Assembly (NCBI GenBank): GCA_951406725.2
Contig: OX597837.1
Span: 12,958,001 to 13,022,000, forward strand
Length of the DNA: 64,000 bases
Direction: 5' to 3'
Source: Octopus vulgaris
Lineage: Eukaryota
Part shown: positions 51,759 to 64,000 of the stretch, piece after piece
Numbering within the stretch: position 1 is the stretch's first letter
How the letters are laid out: every line of letters begins with the position of its first letter
The notes under the pieces: generated by a model
What the model was told of the DNA's origin: nothing
Seen by the model: the letters and a program-made list of their open reading frames with translations, nothing else
Databases searched by the model: none
Made by a program: the position numbers and the translations under genes

Positions 51759-52153
51759 TCTCTCTAAATATAAAGCTGAAGTTGTCTGTGTATGGCAGGT
51801 TTGGTAGCCTTCAACTAACACTATCTCCTCCAAGACCCTGCGGCGCAAGTTGACCAAAATTGAGAGTATGATAGAAGAAGGCTTGCACTTCATTCCATAG
51901 AAGAAAAAATTCAAATTGGACCATGTTAACACCAAAAATTATTTACACCAAAAAGGTGCTTTTTTTTTTCTATGAAAATCCTTATTTTTTACGATTCTTT
52001 GACTGCTGTGTCGCCATTTTTCGGTGTATTTCAACCAGAAAAATGTTCACTTAAAGAGAATAACAAGCTACATAATGCAAAATTTTTATTTTTCAAAAAT
52101 TCCAATTCTAAAGGGTCGAAACAAAGCCGAGCAACGCCGGGCTACACTGCTAG
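51759..52153 (+). mobile_element. Non-autonomous Helitron-like element
   Basis: A|TC...GC-rich subterminal hairpin (ccgagcaacgccggg)...CTAG|T; reverse-orientation relatives at about 3525-3912 and 6204-6650. Confidence 0.7.
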
Positions 52154-52159
52154 TATATG

Positions 52160-52170
52160 TATATATAAAA
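52160..52170 (+). promoter_or_regulatory. TATA-box candidate for DHRS1
   Basis: TATATATAAAAG about 100 bp upstream of the ATG, followed by CpG-containing sequence. Confidence 0.4.
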
Positions 52171-52263
52171 GAGCGGGGATGCTGTTGGGTTGACACCGGG
52201 TCGTGAACGTTCGTGTTTATTTTGTCAGTGGAGGCAGCATTCGTTCTGAGTAAATATCGAATA

Positions 52264-53235
52264 ATGGCTAAACCTTTGTCTGGACTTGTCTGTCTTGTGA
52301 CAGGAGCTACGAGAGGAATTGGAAAAGGCATTGCTCTGCAGCTGGGCGAAGCTGGTGCTACCGTTTATGTGACTGGACGGACTTTGCGCAAAACCGAGAA
52401 AAGCCTTGGGTCCCTGGAGGAAACGGTGGAAGAGATCAACGGACGGGGTGGACGCGGCGTGGCCGTGCAGGTTGACCACACCAAGGACAATGAAATCGAA
52501 CGACTGTTTGAGAAGATAAAGACCGAACAGAACGGACAGCTGGATTTGTTGGTGAACAATGCGTATTCGGGTGTTAATTCTTTGATCGATGTGGCCACCA
52601 AACCGTTCTGGGAACAACCGATCAGTATCTGGGACGACATCAATATCGTTGGATTACGTAACCATTACATCTGTTCGGTCCACGCTGCTAGAATGATGGT
52701 CCCTCGCAAATCCGGGCTCATCGTCATTGTGTCTTCGGGTGGTGGACTGGTCTATACATTCAATGCTGCCTATGGAATTGGCAAAGAAGCTTGCGACAGA
52801 ATGGCCGCTGATTTGGGCCACGAACTTAAGAAACACGGCGTGGCTTGCGTCAGTTTGTGGCCAGGGTATGTCCAAACCGAAACTCTGATGAGCTTATACT
52901 CCTCAGCGGACACGTCGGATATACCCGAGGGGTACGATCAAATCAGAGAAGGGTTTCTCAACGGAGAAAGCACCGAATTCAGCGGGAAGTGTATTGTTAA
53001 AATTATGTGTGACAAAGCGAACCTGATGAAGAAATCCGGGCGTATATTGCCGACGGGTGACCTGGCAGATGAGTATAGCCTTGTAGATATTGATGGCAGG
53101 AAGCCGGCGTGCATGCGATCGCTGAAATTCCTTGCCACTCACTTCTTACGCATTTCCAGAAGCAAAGCCGACTGGATTCCAGGTTTTTTGAAAATTCCTT
53201 CATGGTTGGTCTACATGATGGGGTACAAGTTTTAA
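52264..53235 (+). CDS. DHRS1: Short-chain dehydrogenase/reductase DHRS1, intronless CDS, 323 aa
   Basis: TGATRGIGKGIA Rossmann motif, LDLLVNNAY, WDDINIVGLRNHY, catalytic YGIGK, CVSLWPG; all DHRS1-like. First ATG at 52264 (the track's GTG start at 52213 is unlikely in a eukaryote). Confidence 0.93.
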   Translation: MAKPLSGLVCLVTGATRGIGKGIALQLGEAGATVYVTGRTLRKTEKSLGSLEETVEEINGRGGRGVAVQVDHTKDNEIERLFEKIKTEQNGQLDLLVNNAYSGVNSLIDVATKPFWEQPISIWDDINIVGLRNHYICSVHAARMMVPRKSGLIVIVSSGGGLVYTFNAAYGIGKEACDRMAADLGHELKKHGVACVSLWPGYVQTETLMSLYSSADTSDIPEGYDQIREGFLNGESTEFSGKCIVKIMCDKANLMKKSGRILPTGDLADEYSLVDIDGRKPACMRSLKFLATHFLRISRSKADWIPGFLKIPSWLVYMMGYKF

Positions 53236-56200
53236 CCTATTTAAATATAGAGATATTTACGTTGATATCTAATTCTATAAATTGTTCACATATATTATTT
53301 GTTCAGATTAATTGTTTTAAAATTATGTTATTAATTCGATGTTCACTTTTATTATAAACGAGAAGTTTGTGGCATCACTACAGATGCGTGTCCCCGACTT
53401 TGTTTCTTTATAACTTTTTGGAAAAAAAGCGTATTTCTGAATGAAATTTTCCAGATCTACGTTTAAAATGATGAAGATCAGTGGCTCTCGATAATTATTT
53501 TGCCTATAGACACCCCTCCACACACTGAAATCCTATTTTGCACAGATGGAACTTCATAGCCATTCAATATTTTTTAAAATCCTATTTTTGTATGTTAGAA
53601 GTGTTAGTATGCAGTTTATTGCCCGTAAACTTTGATAACAAAATCTTATATGTACCCCGAAGGGTACATATAAGATTTACATTAAGGGTACATACAAGGG
53701 TCCCGTTTGAGAACCACAGCTGTTTAAGGTTATATTGGAATTTGTTGTGGGAAAGTTTTTTTCGGCGTAGGGTGTTGTGTGCAAGGGTTTATAATCACAC
53801 ACCTCCACGTTGTGTCTTCGTAACTTTCTGAAAACTGAATATTTTTTAATGACATTTTCTACAAATATCTTTCAGATGGTGTAGATGGCTGTTGTCTCTG
53901 AATGTAATATAAGAAAAAGAAAAAAAACTGGGTGTTGGGCAATTAATTCACACATTTCGACTTTGTTTCTTTAAACATTTTGACCAGGTGTTGTGAATTA
54001 TCCACCCACCCTCTTTTTTTTTTTCTTTTCAATTCTGACATAATCCTAAGCTACACCAGCTGAAATATATTTTTAAACTTTTATCGAACAAATATCCATT
54101 TTTGCAGAAGAAACAAAGTCTGTGGGGGCGGAGGTACACATTTGTAGTTATACCCTGTTAAGGAACCAGGGACCAAATTCTACATCTATCAAGTTTTTTG
54201 TTTTATCAGTTTCAGTTGTTGATTTGAGTGACAATTTTCCCAAGAACCTGTATTAAGATCATATAAATGGAATTGTGCATTCTTGTATAACTGGATTTAT
54301 ATCTCCTATTCTATAAAAAAATTTTTATATTCCACACATTATTTTTGTTTTTCAATTACACATTTTGGGGGACGTCGGAGCTAAGAAGCACCAAATTGGA
54401 GTTTCTCCGTTTTGACGGGGATTTTTCAGATTTTTTTTTTTTTTCACAGTGGAGATGATCTGGAGTATCGTTTTTTAACTAAAAACAATTTTTTTTTCCG
54501 ATAAATGCTTTTCTTTTTAAGTCCTCATCCCATCTTACCCTTTCCGGACCGATTTTGGTCGATTTTGTGGGCACTACGCACTTAAAAATGATAGAAGCCT
54601 TTTCGGTAAAAGGCCCCTTCCCCAAAAATTTCGGGCCCTGCGCCTAGAGCAAAAAAGAATATTTACTGGTACTTAATTTATCGACTCCGAAAGGGTGCAG
54701 TCGACCGCGGAGGAATTTGAACTCAACGTAAAGGCAGACGAAATACCTATTTCTTTACTACCCACAAGGGGCTAAACACGAAATACCACTAAGCATTTCG
54801 CCCAGCATGCTAAAGTAAATATTTTCAGGGTGATTTTGCTATTTCAAGCATTTTTCATGACCTCATTTCTTTGCCACTCTGACAAGTATTGTTTTTCAAT
54901 ATTTTCTTTCCATTAACAGCACAAAACTCACTCATGCAATTAAAAAATAATCTAATTTGTGATTTCTATGAACCTTAAACCTTACCGGTCATGGGACATG
55001 CTAGAAACAACAGCCAAATCTCCTTTGAATCACACTTTTTCGTCTGAAAATATATTTTTTTCCACCGAAATGGCTTCTATAGTTTTTCAGTGCCCTCGCC
55101 CCCCACCAATACATCGTGCGTAGTGCCCCCAAAATTCACCAAAATCGGTCTGGAGAGGAGACGATGGTGATGGTGGTGGTGGGTCAAAGAAATTTTTTTT
55201 TAATTTTTGTTTTTTTTGTAAAAAAAAAAAAAAGATGCTCCAGATTATATCTAAGGGCATCATGTTAAAAAAATCCGAAAGACCCTCGTCAAAATGGAGC
55301 AATTCCAATTTGGTGCCTCCTAATTCTGGCATTTCTTATAGTAATAGTTTTTGTTAAATACCTATAACACGCCCGTATCATTTTGCGGATACGCAAAAAA
55401 TATGGGTCCCGTCTTTCTTTGGAGGCATTCCAACCATGATCATCCTATTTTTTAAAAAGCAATTGATCATAAGTGGAGTACAGTTGGTCATAAAATTAGA
55501 GCTGATGTGGTGGTGACCCCCTTCGGTCAGACACTGACCATGGGTTTGCACCTAGAGTTACCCTCTGAGGCACAAGTCTGGGCAAGATTGTTTTATGGAA
55601 GACCAGCAGTCGCCCATGCATACTGGCCTCCCCTCTCCACGTCACCGATGTTGTCCAAGGGAAAGGCAAGGGCCAATACAGCTTGACCCCTGTGATGTCG
55701 CAACTCATTTTTGCCCGCTGAGTGAACTGGAGCAACGTGAAATAAAGTGTCTTGCTCAAGAACACAACACGCAGCCCGGTCCGGGATTCGAGCTCACAAC
55801 CTCACAATCACACTGAGCCACGCGCCTTCACTAGAGCTGATGTAAGACTAAACCATAACAATTATTGTTGTGTGTGTGTGTGTGCTCTGTTGGCGCCCAA
55901 TGTGGTAGAAAGGGTAGCTAGCTACCTGGTTAATTCATAACTTTTATTGTTAAATTAATCCATGGAAATATTGAGGGCAAAAAAAAAAAAGTTATATTTC
56001 AATATAATACTCACTCCCATGACAGATGAGATGGTCATGGCTGGGTGAAAGTGCCTGGGATTATAGGTTTGCTGCATTAGAGTTGACCTGGTTTTATACA
56101 ACCGTAACCACTAACAACAACAGCACTCATCTTAGGTCAACGATGAACCCTCTCGGTCAGTGGTTCTCAACCAGGGTCAAGATGACCTTTGGGGATTTTC

Positions 56201-58013
56201 GTGTAGGATTTTGTTGTTAAAATCTATTTGCAATGAATTGGTTATGAGGACCACTTCAGTCATGAACAACCATGGGATTGCACCTGGAAAGCTCCCTTCC
56301 AAAGTACAAATCTACGCAAATTTGTTTATGGAAGACCATACTGCCTGACTGGCTCCCGTGGCATGTGAAAAACACCAAGCATGGCCAACGCCAGTACCGC
56401 CTGACTGGCCGTTGTGCCAATGGCACGTAAAAAGCACCCACTACACTCTCAGAGTGGTTGGCGTTAGGAAGGGCATCCAGCTGTAGAAATATTGCTAGAT
56501 CAGACTGGAGCCTGGTGCAGCCTCCTGGCTCTCCAGACCTCAGTCAAACCGTCCAACCCATGCCAGCATGGAAAGCAAACGTTAAATTAAGTACCAGTTA
56601 CATACTGCGGTCTGTTATTGTTGTTATTATTGATTAGCCTTTGTCAGTCTTGACTGAGCAGACTTCTGTGATGAAAGATAGTTCAGTAATGATTTGGCTG
56701 CTATTTCTAGCAGATTGAGTGACTACATAAAGGATTGGTTATTGGCTGGGCCGAGTCTGTTGCTCATTGTTATTGTGTTGCTGCAGTTCAGCTCTGATCC
56801 GACTAACTTACAATTGAAATTATTCCGTATATGACCATCTCATCTTTTTTTATTCAGATGTGTCCTTAAATGCAAAAGAAAGCAAAATGGTATCTTTTAC
56901 TTGTTTCTGTCATTGAACTGTGGCCATGCTGGGGCACTATCTTGAAGGCTTTAGTCATAACAAATCAAACTCAATTTTATTGCTCTCTTTTGCTGAACCG
57001 TTAAGTTACAGGGCATAAACCAGTTCCAGTTTTCAAGTGATGGTTAAACACACACACACATACATCTGTGTGTGTTTACAGTGAGTTTCTGTCTACCAAA
57101 TCCACTGACAAGGCTTTGGTCAGTCTCGGGGCTATAGGCTCTCTCTTAAACAAAAATCCCCCTACCAGCAGATCTTTGTTTAACAGAGAGAGAGGAGATG
57201 GTCACATTTGGAATGTGGGATGCTCTTGGTTGAAATGTTTTTTAAAAAAGAAATTTAGTTATAGGCACAGGAGTGGCTGTGTGGTAAGAAACTTGCTTCC
57301 CAACCACATGGTTCTGGGTTCAGTCCCACTGCATAGCCTTGGGCCAACCAAAGCCTTGTGAGTGGATTTGGTAGATAGAAAACTGGAAGAAACCTGTTGT
57401 GTGTGTGTGTGTATATATATATATAGAGAGAGAGAGAGAGATATGTGTGTGTGTGTATGTATCTGTGTCTGTCCCCCCACCATCGCTTGATAACCGATAT
57501 TGGTGTGCTACGTCCCTGTAACTTAGCAGTTCAGCAAAAGAGACTGATGGAACAAGTACTAGGCTTACAAAGAATAAGTCCTGGGGTTGATTTGTTCCAC
57601 TAAAGGCAGTGCTCCAGCATGGCCGCAATCAAATGAAATAAAACAAAGATAATGTTGGTCACAGTTGGAAAGCTTTTTTTTAAAAGGCAAGATGGTCACG
57701 GTTGGAATGCCTTTAGAGAAAGACATGTTTTTGTACTTCTTTTCAAGTTTATTCATGCATGTCAAAGGAACCTGTACCAGATACATTATTTCGCATGACT
57801 TGTGTATCTAAAATGCCTGATCTCACATTAAGATTTATGCTTCCTCACACTTCTCTGGTCTATTTGTATATACAGATGTAAAAAATACACCGTAACCCTC
57901 CATATACAATAAATATCTTCTCACAAAATTTATCAATTAATATCTGGATATGAAATAAAATGTAATTATCAAGGAATTTGCTAGTTTTATTTATTTGATG
58001 ACATTCAACAATC

Positions 58014-58335
58014 ATGCTGTTATCCCCTTCAGACTATCATTTCTTTGGCCCCATGAAAGAGGGTTTGAGAGGCAAACATTATTCCAGTGACGAGGAAGTG
58101 AAAACTGTAGTGAAGAAGTGGCTCAAAGAACAATCAACAGAATTTTACAGGGCAGTGATTCATGCTCTCATTCAAAGGCGGAACATTGCTATTGAGAGAA
58201 ACGGTGACTATGTTGAGAAGTAGGGATGTGATCCACAGAGGACCAGCTTCATTTTGATGTATGATACATGTTCTTGTGTTAGTAAGTATACCTGTCCTAA
58301 ACAAAATGGCATTACTTTTTTACTCACCTTCATAT
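58014..58335 (+). mobile_element. mariner transposon 3' remnant
   Basis: LSPSDYH.FGP.K..L.G......EV...V..WL..Q..EFY...I..L..R....I...GDYVEK followed by a TIR-like end and TA. Confidence 0.8.
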
Positions 58336-58998
58336 ATATATATATATATATATATAACAGTTGCAGCATTGGAAGGTGTTTATAAGCCATTTAAGAAACA
58401 CACAAAATCTGTTAGATTCACTTCAACATTTAAATTTAATTTGCCAAAATATTTTTGGTGTTTTGAGACCGCAACCTGTTCACTGACAAAATTCCATGCT
58501 GCATCTGAGAAAGTAACAGCCTGTTCATGATATATATGTACATATGTATGCATATGTGTACATGCATATGCATGTGTGTATGCCTATACGCACTGTATAT
58601 ATATATGTATATAATTTCAAGGAAAGTTAGAAGTTGTGAATCCAACCAACTAAGGGATAATATCTATCCAATACACTGCTGGCAGAATACCCAATTATTA
58701 ATATACAAGTGTTTTTTATTGCATTGCAATTACATTACTGAGTGTAATAAATGGGTGAAGGTAAAGAGATATTTTACCATTAATTTATGGAGCAAAATAG
58801 AAAATGGAGGAGATCAATTGGTGGTATTCATCAACTTTTAGACATATTATGTCAATTTATTTATTTACTGAAAGAACAATTATAACAATATACATACATG
58901 TATAACATGTTATGCTTTACATATATAATATATATAATATAAAAATATCAGTAATTATTAAAATATATATAACATAGAGCAATAGAAAATGGCATAAT

Positions 58999-59122
58999 AT
59001 CTTACAGCTGTTTCAGGCAAGAGGCAAAGATGCCTCATTTTACCTTTATCCTTCGAGTGGACTGAAGTAATTAGTAGATGAAATTGAGGTAATTGGATGT
59101 TTCTCTAGGCTTCATCAGAGAT
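58999..59122 (-). ncRNA. Hammerhead-like motif with long, degenerate stem II
   Basis: ATCT-CTGATGA-(about 97 nt imperfect hairpin)-GAAA-CAGCTG-TA^AGAT; stem III is the palindrome ACAGCTGT. Confidence 0.5.
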
Positions 59123-59544
59123 TTTAGAAAGTACATAAGGTTAAGTTATAAATATAAATACACACACATATATACATACTTTTACATATACATAAATATA
59201 CATAAATGCATATACCTACACTTAAATGTACAATGGACGTTAAATGATGATGATGATGATGATTCGGAATCTCCGTCATCGAAAACATTTAAAGATCAGA
59301 GGGGGGGGGGCAGTGTGTGATACTGTCTCCTTGCCTCGACATTGCAAAATAGTTGTAAACGAGTGTAACTCCCATGCAAGTGGTGTCCTTTGTCTCCAGT
59401 CTTTCATGTCTGGCCATGGGAGAAATGATTACGTTACCTGGCAACAGACGAGGGTTAGCAACAGGAAGAGCCTCCTGCCACATAAAAAAAAAAATCCATC
59501 TGATGTAAACTCTGTCCTCCCCCGCAAGCATGGAAAAGTTAACA

Positions 59545-60143
59545 TTAAAGTGATGATGAAAGCCACTGATACCCTAAATAGGGGCCGCTAGAGAACCGAC
59601 GGACTTTGTCTTCACACAAAGATTCAGAGTCTGGCAATCCTTCGATGGATTCTTTCAGTTTTTTCCAAGAGGGACATTTGTAAATTTGGTGTTGACGAAC
59701 AGGCGAGAAAATGAGTTTGAGAAGAGATAAACCTTTGCTATGTACATCACATGTTTCATCCACATACTCAAATATTTCCATAATGTCTTCTATGATATGA
59801 AATTTCGGTAGTTCTTGTAAGCATTTCGGTATATCCGTCTTACTCTGTTGGGAGATAACAGCTGCCGGCAGAAAAGAATTCATAAATAAAATATTTTGGA
59901 AAAATATCGCTGTCATTTCTCTTGAATCTGCAATGCATTTCCAATGAGATGGCATGATAAAGAAAATGGTTTGGATTTGGGAAGTGGAATAATAATCCAG
60001 GCAGGAGAGTTCATTTGCATCAAGAGTTTCTACAACCCATTTGAAGTTCTTTTCAAAAACTTTTTTCAATACGTTGGTAACTTGTTCATCATGGGAATTT
60101 TGGTGAAAAGTCACTAAGAGTACAGTGCCTGGTGTCTTTCGAC
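59545..60143 (-). CDS. Terminal coding exon of an unidentified gene; alpha/beta intracellular domain, possibly SEFIR/TIR-like (IL-17 receptor-like)
   Basis: About 199 codons of non-repetitive protein-like sequence (TVLLVTFHQNSHDEQVTNVLKKVF...TIFFIMP...LPKFHIIEDIMEIFEYV); ttcAG acceptor, phase 1. The domain call is by resemblance only. Confidence 0.6.
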
Positions 60144-60199
60144 CTGAAATAATAATAATAATAATAATAACACTATAGATAACAACAGAAAAAAAGATG

Positions 60200-60700
60200 G
60201 TATAGGCACACACCAGGAAAGGTCACAGAAAACGAGAAAGTAACCATACTCTGGGATATGCTAATACACACAGATAGAGAAATTAAGGCCAATAGGCCAG
60301 ATATAGTTGTCAGAGATCATGAAGAAAAAAAATGCTTTCTAATTGATGTATTAATACCAGCAGATGACAACATTTCTCTAAAAGAAATGGAGAAACTTTC
60401 AAAATACAAAGACCTGGAAATAGAGGTAACTCGAATGTGGAATCTAAAAACAGAAACAATTCCTATCATAATAGGTACATTAGGCATGATAAAAAAATAT
60501 TCAGACAAATACATAACAAAAACACCAGGACTTACAAACACATATAACATACAGAAAATTGCACTACTAGGCACTGCACACGTCCTATGCAAAACACTTT
60601 CAATACAGTAACCATAAGAGCATCACAGCACATACCCAAGGCACACAGAGCTGTGCTCGGTAGTGAAGTGGAGGCACAATATAAAAATGAGACTACTGAA
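60200..60700 (+). mobile_element. Non-LTR retrotransposon 3' fragment with restriction-like endonuclease (R4/Dong-like)
   Basis: I.ANRPDIVV.D...K.C.LIDV.IP.D......EK.SKY.DL..E..RMW is a PD-(D/E)xK RLE domain; flanked by (TAA)n. Confidence 0.75.
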
Positions 60701-61496
60701 GAATAATAATCATCATCATCATCGTTTAACGTCCGTTTTCCATGCTGGCATGGGTTGGACGGTTCAACTGGGGTCTGGGAAGCCAGGAGGCTGCGCCAGG
60801 CCCAGTCTGATCTGGCAGTGTTTCTACAGCTGGATGCCCTTCCTAATGCCAACCACTCCGTGAGTGTAGTGGGTGCTTTTTACGTGCCACCTGCACAGGT
60901 GCCAGATGAGGCTGGCGAACGGCCACGCTCGGATGGTGTTTTTTACGTGCTACCGGCACAGGTGCCAGATGAGGCTGGCGAACGGCCACGCTCAGATGGT
61001 GCTTTTTACGTGCCACCGGCACGGAGGCCAGTCAGGGCGGCGCTGGCAACGGCCACGTTCGGACGGTTCTCTTACGTGCCACCGGCACTGGTATCTCAGT
61101 TACAATTTCCATTGACGTTGAAAGATTTTGATTTTGATTTTCACTTGCCTCAACAGGTCTTCACAAGTAGGGTTTGTGTCACAAGAAGGATCGGTATGCA
61201 TAAGTGTAGGTGGAGTAAACATGATGGTTATGGAGTGTTACTATCGGAGTAGCCCAGTGGATGCCAATGGCATGCCTGTCAGAGGGTACAGAAAATGAAT
61301 GCACAGTGAATGGAAGGCAATGGAACTGTTTGAAATTACTGAACAGAGATTATGTGACGAAGCAAGAGTAATATGAAAGAATGGATGGTTAACAGAACTG
61401 GAGCTAGAAGCTATTGAAAGAAGGATATCGGGTGAGAAATGAAAGTGGTATAGTGGAAGAGATGGACAATTGTTTGCAGGAATATAAAATCATGAA

Positions 61497-61733
61497 GGCG
61501 GGTGAGCTGGTAGAAACGTTAGCACGCCGGGCGAAATGCTTAGCGGTATTTCGTCTGCCGTTACGTTCTGAGTTCAAATTCCGCTGAGGTCGACTTTGCC
61601 TTTCATCCTTTCGGGGTCGATAAATTAAGTACCAGTTACGCACTGGGGTCGATGTAATCGACTTAATCCGTTTGTCTGTCCTTGTTTGTCCCTTCTGTGT
61701 TTAGCTCCTTGTGGGTAGTAAAGAAATAGGTAT
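61497..61733 (+). mobile_element. Representative of SINE family A (GGCGG.GAGCTGG.AGAA.CGTTAGC head)
   Basis: B box GAGTTCAAATTCC and body GCCTTTCATCCTTTCGGGGTCGATAAATTAAGTACCAG. Other copies (approx.): 1947-2339, 4971-5255, 9816-10220, 26750-26981, 27337-27545, 29160-29336, 31301-31688, 32646-33178, 38241-38470, 40285-40669, 42608-43017. Confidence 0.85.
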
Positions 61734-63003
61734 TTAAGAATAAAAAAATCAAGAATATAATATCATGAATTGTGAAAGAATTGAGATCTGTGACTACTCA
61801 AATAACGAAGACTGATTAATAATAGAGGAGGGACAGAATTTGTGTGTTACTTTAAGAAGGTTAACCAATGGAGACTGGATCAAAGGATGAATGAAGCCAA
61901 TATTGTACTGAGACACATTGAAACAAAGAACATCACACAAATAATCTTATCAAGGCTGCTGGTAGGATTGTGGTGGAAAGGATGGGATTGAGAAGTACTG
62001 AGAACAGAGCAGTGGTGGATAGAAAAGGAAATAAACAACCTTGGTGGAAATGGAGAATTTCTGAAGAAATAAACTCCTTGAACAGTGTGTGTATGTGTAT
62101 ATTTGTAGCATATTTGTATTCTGGGTATAGAAATATACTAAAATATACACCTTACTTCCCTGGGCATGGACACATTGAAACTCTGACGTCTGGCAGCTGA
62201 CTTGGCAGACACCCATAAAATTATCAACCATCGTACAAACAATAACTCTGAGCACCTTTTCAAACTCCACCCATCTAACACCCATGGACATATTTACAAA
62301 GTAAGAAAACAGCACAGCTCCCATGACTTCAGGAAACATTTTTTCACGCTAAGAGTTGCTGAAGCATGGAACAGACTGCCGGCATCAGTTGTTAGTTGTT
62401 GGAGCACTGCATCCTTCAAAACTTCCATGCTTTCTGAGATTCACACATACTACACCTGATTTTCTCTCCTCCATACACACACAAGCATGTATCTGACTCA
62501 TGCATTGTTCGCTTTCCAGACATTTGTACATTACTGCATACACTTTATACGCACTTTCTGACAAGTTGTGGTGCACCTGAGCACTGTATACAATAATTTC
62601 ATTATTATTATTTTAAAATGATTGTTATTGTACAAAACCAAAAAATACAACTTCTGCTGTCATAAATCTAATTCGTAATTGACTTCTTTATTAGAAAATG
62701 CTAGTCCTGATGTACAAAATGACTGTCATGGAACACAATTAAAAGTAGGTTAGTGACAAAATAAAGAGAAAAAGGAAGCTAAAACCAGTAACACCTTGTG
62801 TCAAAAAATCATGTCAGGCAAATGAGTGATCGTACTTTTAGCTTAACATTTGTTGAAAGTCCACCTCCAAAATATATTTATTTTAAATGAAAGCTGAGTA
62901 TATGCACAGATATGACTAAGGGGTAAGACATTCGCTTGCCAACCATATGGTTCCGGGTTGGGTCTCATTGCACAGAACAATAATGGCTTAGAGTTAGACT
63001 CAC

Positions 63004-63044
63004 CTTCTTCGATACCCTGGAATTCCTGAACCAGGGACCTTTTA
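63004..63044 (-). CDS. Probable upstream small exon of the same gene (KRSLVQEFQGIEE)
   Basis: tccAG acceptor and strong G|GTGAGT donor in phase 1, which matches the phase of the 60143 exon. Confidence 0.5.
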
Positions 63045-64000
63045 CTGGATGAAGTTTTACCCTTTAGCATTCAGATTATTCTTTCAAATGAAATGCTTAT
63101 TTATTTACATTGTCTTGAATTAATTATCCATTATCTCATAACTTTGAGAATTTTATGAAGTAACTGATAATTCTTAGAATGATATTGTAGGGTTGGTGTG
63201 AGGGTCAGATATGGCCAATTTGACCATAAAACAAGTAAAATATTAAGTCTGGATTAGGCTGGTTGAAATGTTAAGGATTTAAAATTCTGACACTTATTGT
63301 AACAGAATTAATGTGACATATTTCAGTAGTTGTTGTCATTGTTGTTATTCAATAGCCTCATTTTTATCATATCCTTTCACTACACTGCTGAGCATAGATA
63401 TGTGTGCCTTGGCTATGTGCTGTGGTTTGTTTTGATGCTCTTATTTTTATGGTATTGAAAGTGTGCAATGACTAGTAGTGCTATTTTCTATGTTATATAC
63501 ACTTGTTAGTCCTGGTGATCATGATCCATTGCTGTTCCATTTTTAGTTTGGATTCCAGCTGTTTTATAGCTTTTGTTGTTTCTTCTTTTTCTTCATAGTT
63601 GTTAGATACTGAAATATGGCCAACTTCAACATAAAACAAATAAAATGTTTGAGATGGATTAGGCTGGTTTAAATGTTGAAGATTTAAAGTTTTGACACTT
63701 TATTGTAACAGAATTAATGTATCATATTTCAGTTTTGCTCAATACCACTGCTTGCTTGGTTCTTAGGAGGCGTATTTAACCCCCAGGCATTTAAACTGAC
63801 CATATCCAGCTCAAATAATTTATGTTTTATGTTCAAACTAGCAAGATCTGATCTCTCACACCTACCCTACAATGTCATTCTAAGAACGCAACAATCACAT
63901 CATTGAAATCTCAAAGCTATGAGATAATTGCCTGATTAATATATATAGATAAGAATAGCATTTGACAGAGAAATCATCATCACCGTCGTTTAACATCTGC

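Noticed and set aside
57565-57786. Possible additional exon (VPLTCMNKLEKKYKN...)
   Set aside because: The frame runs into dispersed-repeat sequence and has no clear donor or homology.

Overview
Eukaryotic, AT-rich, repeat-dense genomic DNA. The SINE families and microsatellite load suggest an octopus/coleoid cephalopod (my inference). Reading splice sites by hand gives two multi-exon minus-strand genes with consistent exon phases: EIF2B4 (12 coding exons, 463-21861, about 567 aa if the ATG at 21861 is the start) and TRMT11 (14 coding exons, 35788-50772, 450 aa). There is also an intronless plus-strand DHRS1 (52264-53235), head-to-head with TRMT11, and the last two exons of a minus-strand gene, possibly SEFIR/TIR-like (63004-63044, 59545-60143). 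Most short ORFs in the track are artefacts of SINEs and microsatellites. Two signals stand out. (1) Minimal type-I hammerhead ribozyme motifs of the Penelope-like-element type cluster in two EIF2B4 introns (16846-18517), mostly as inverted pairs, with another long-stem-II copy at about 59 kb. (2) An apparently non-coding, micro-exon, minus-strand transcript at about 26.4-31.3 kb carries G-U-supported helices and an H/ACA-like candidate.
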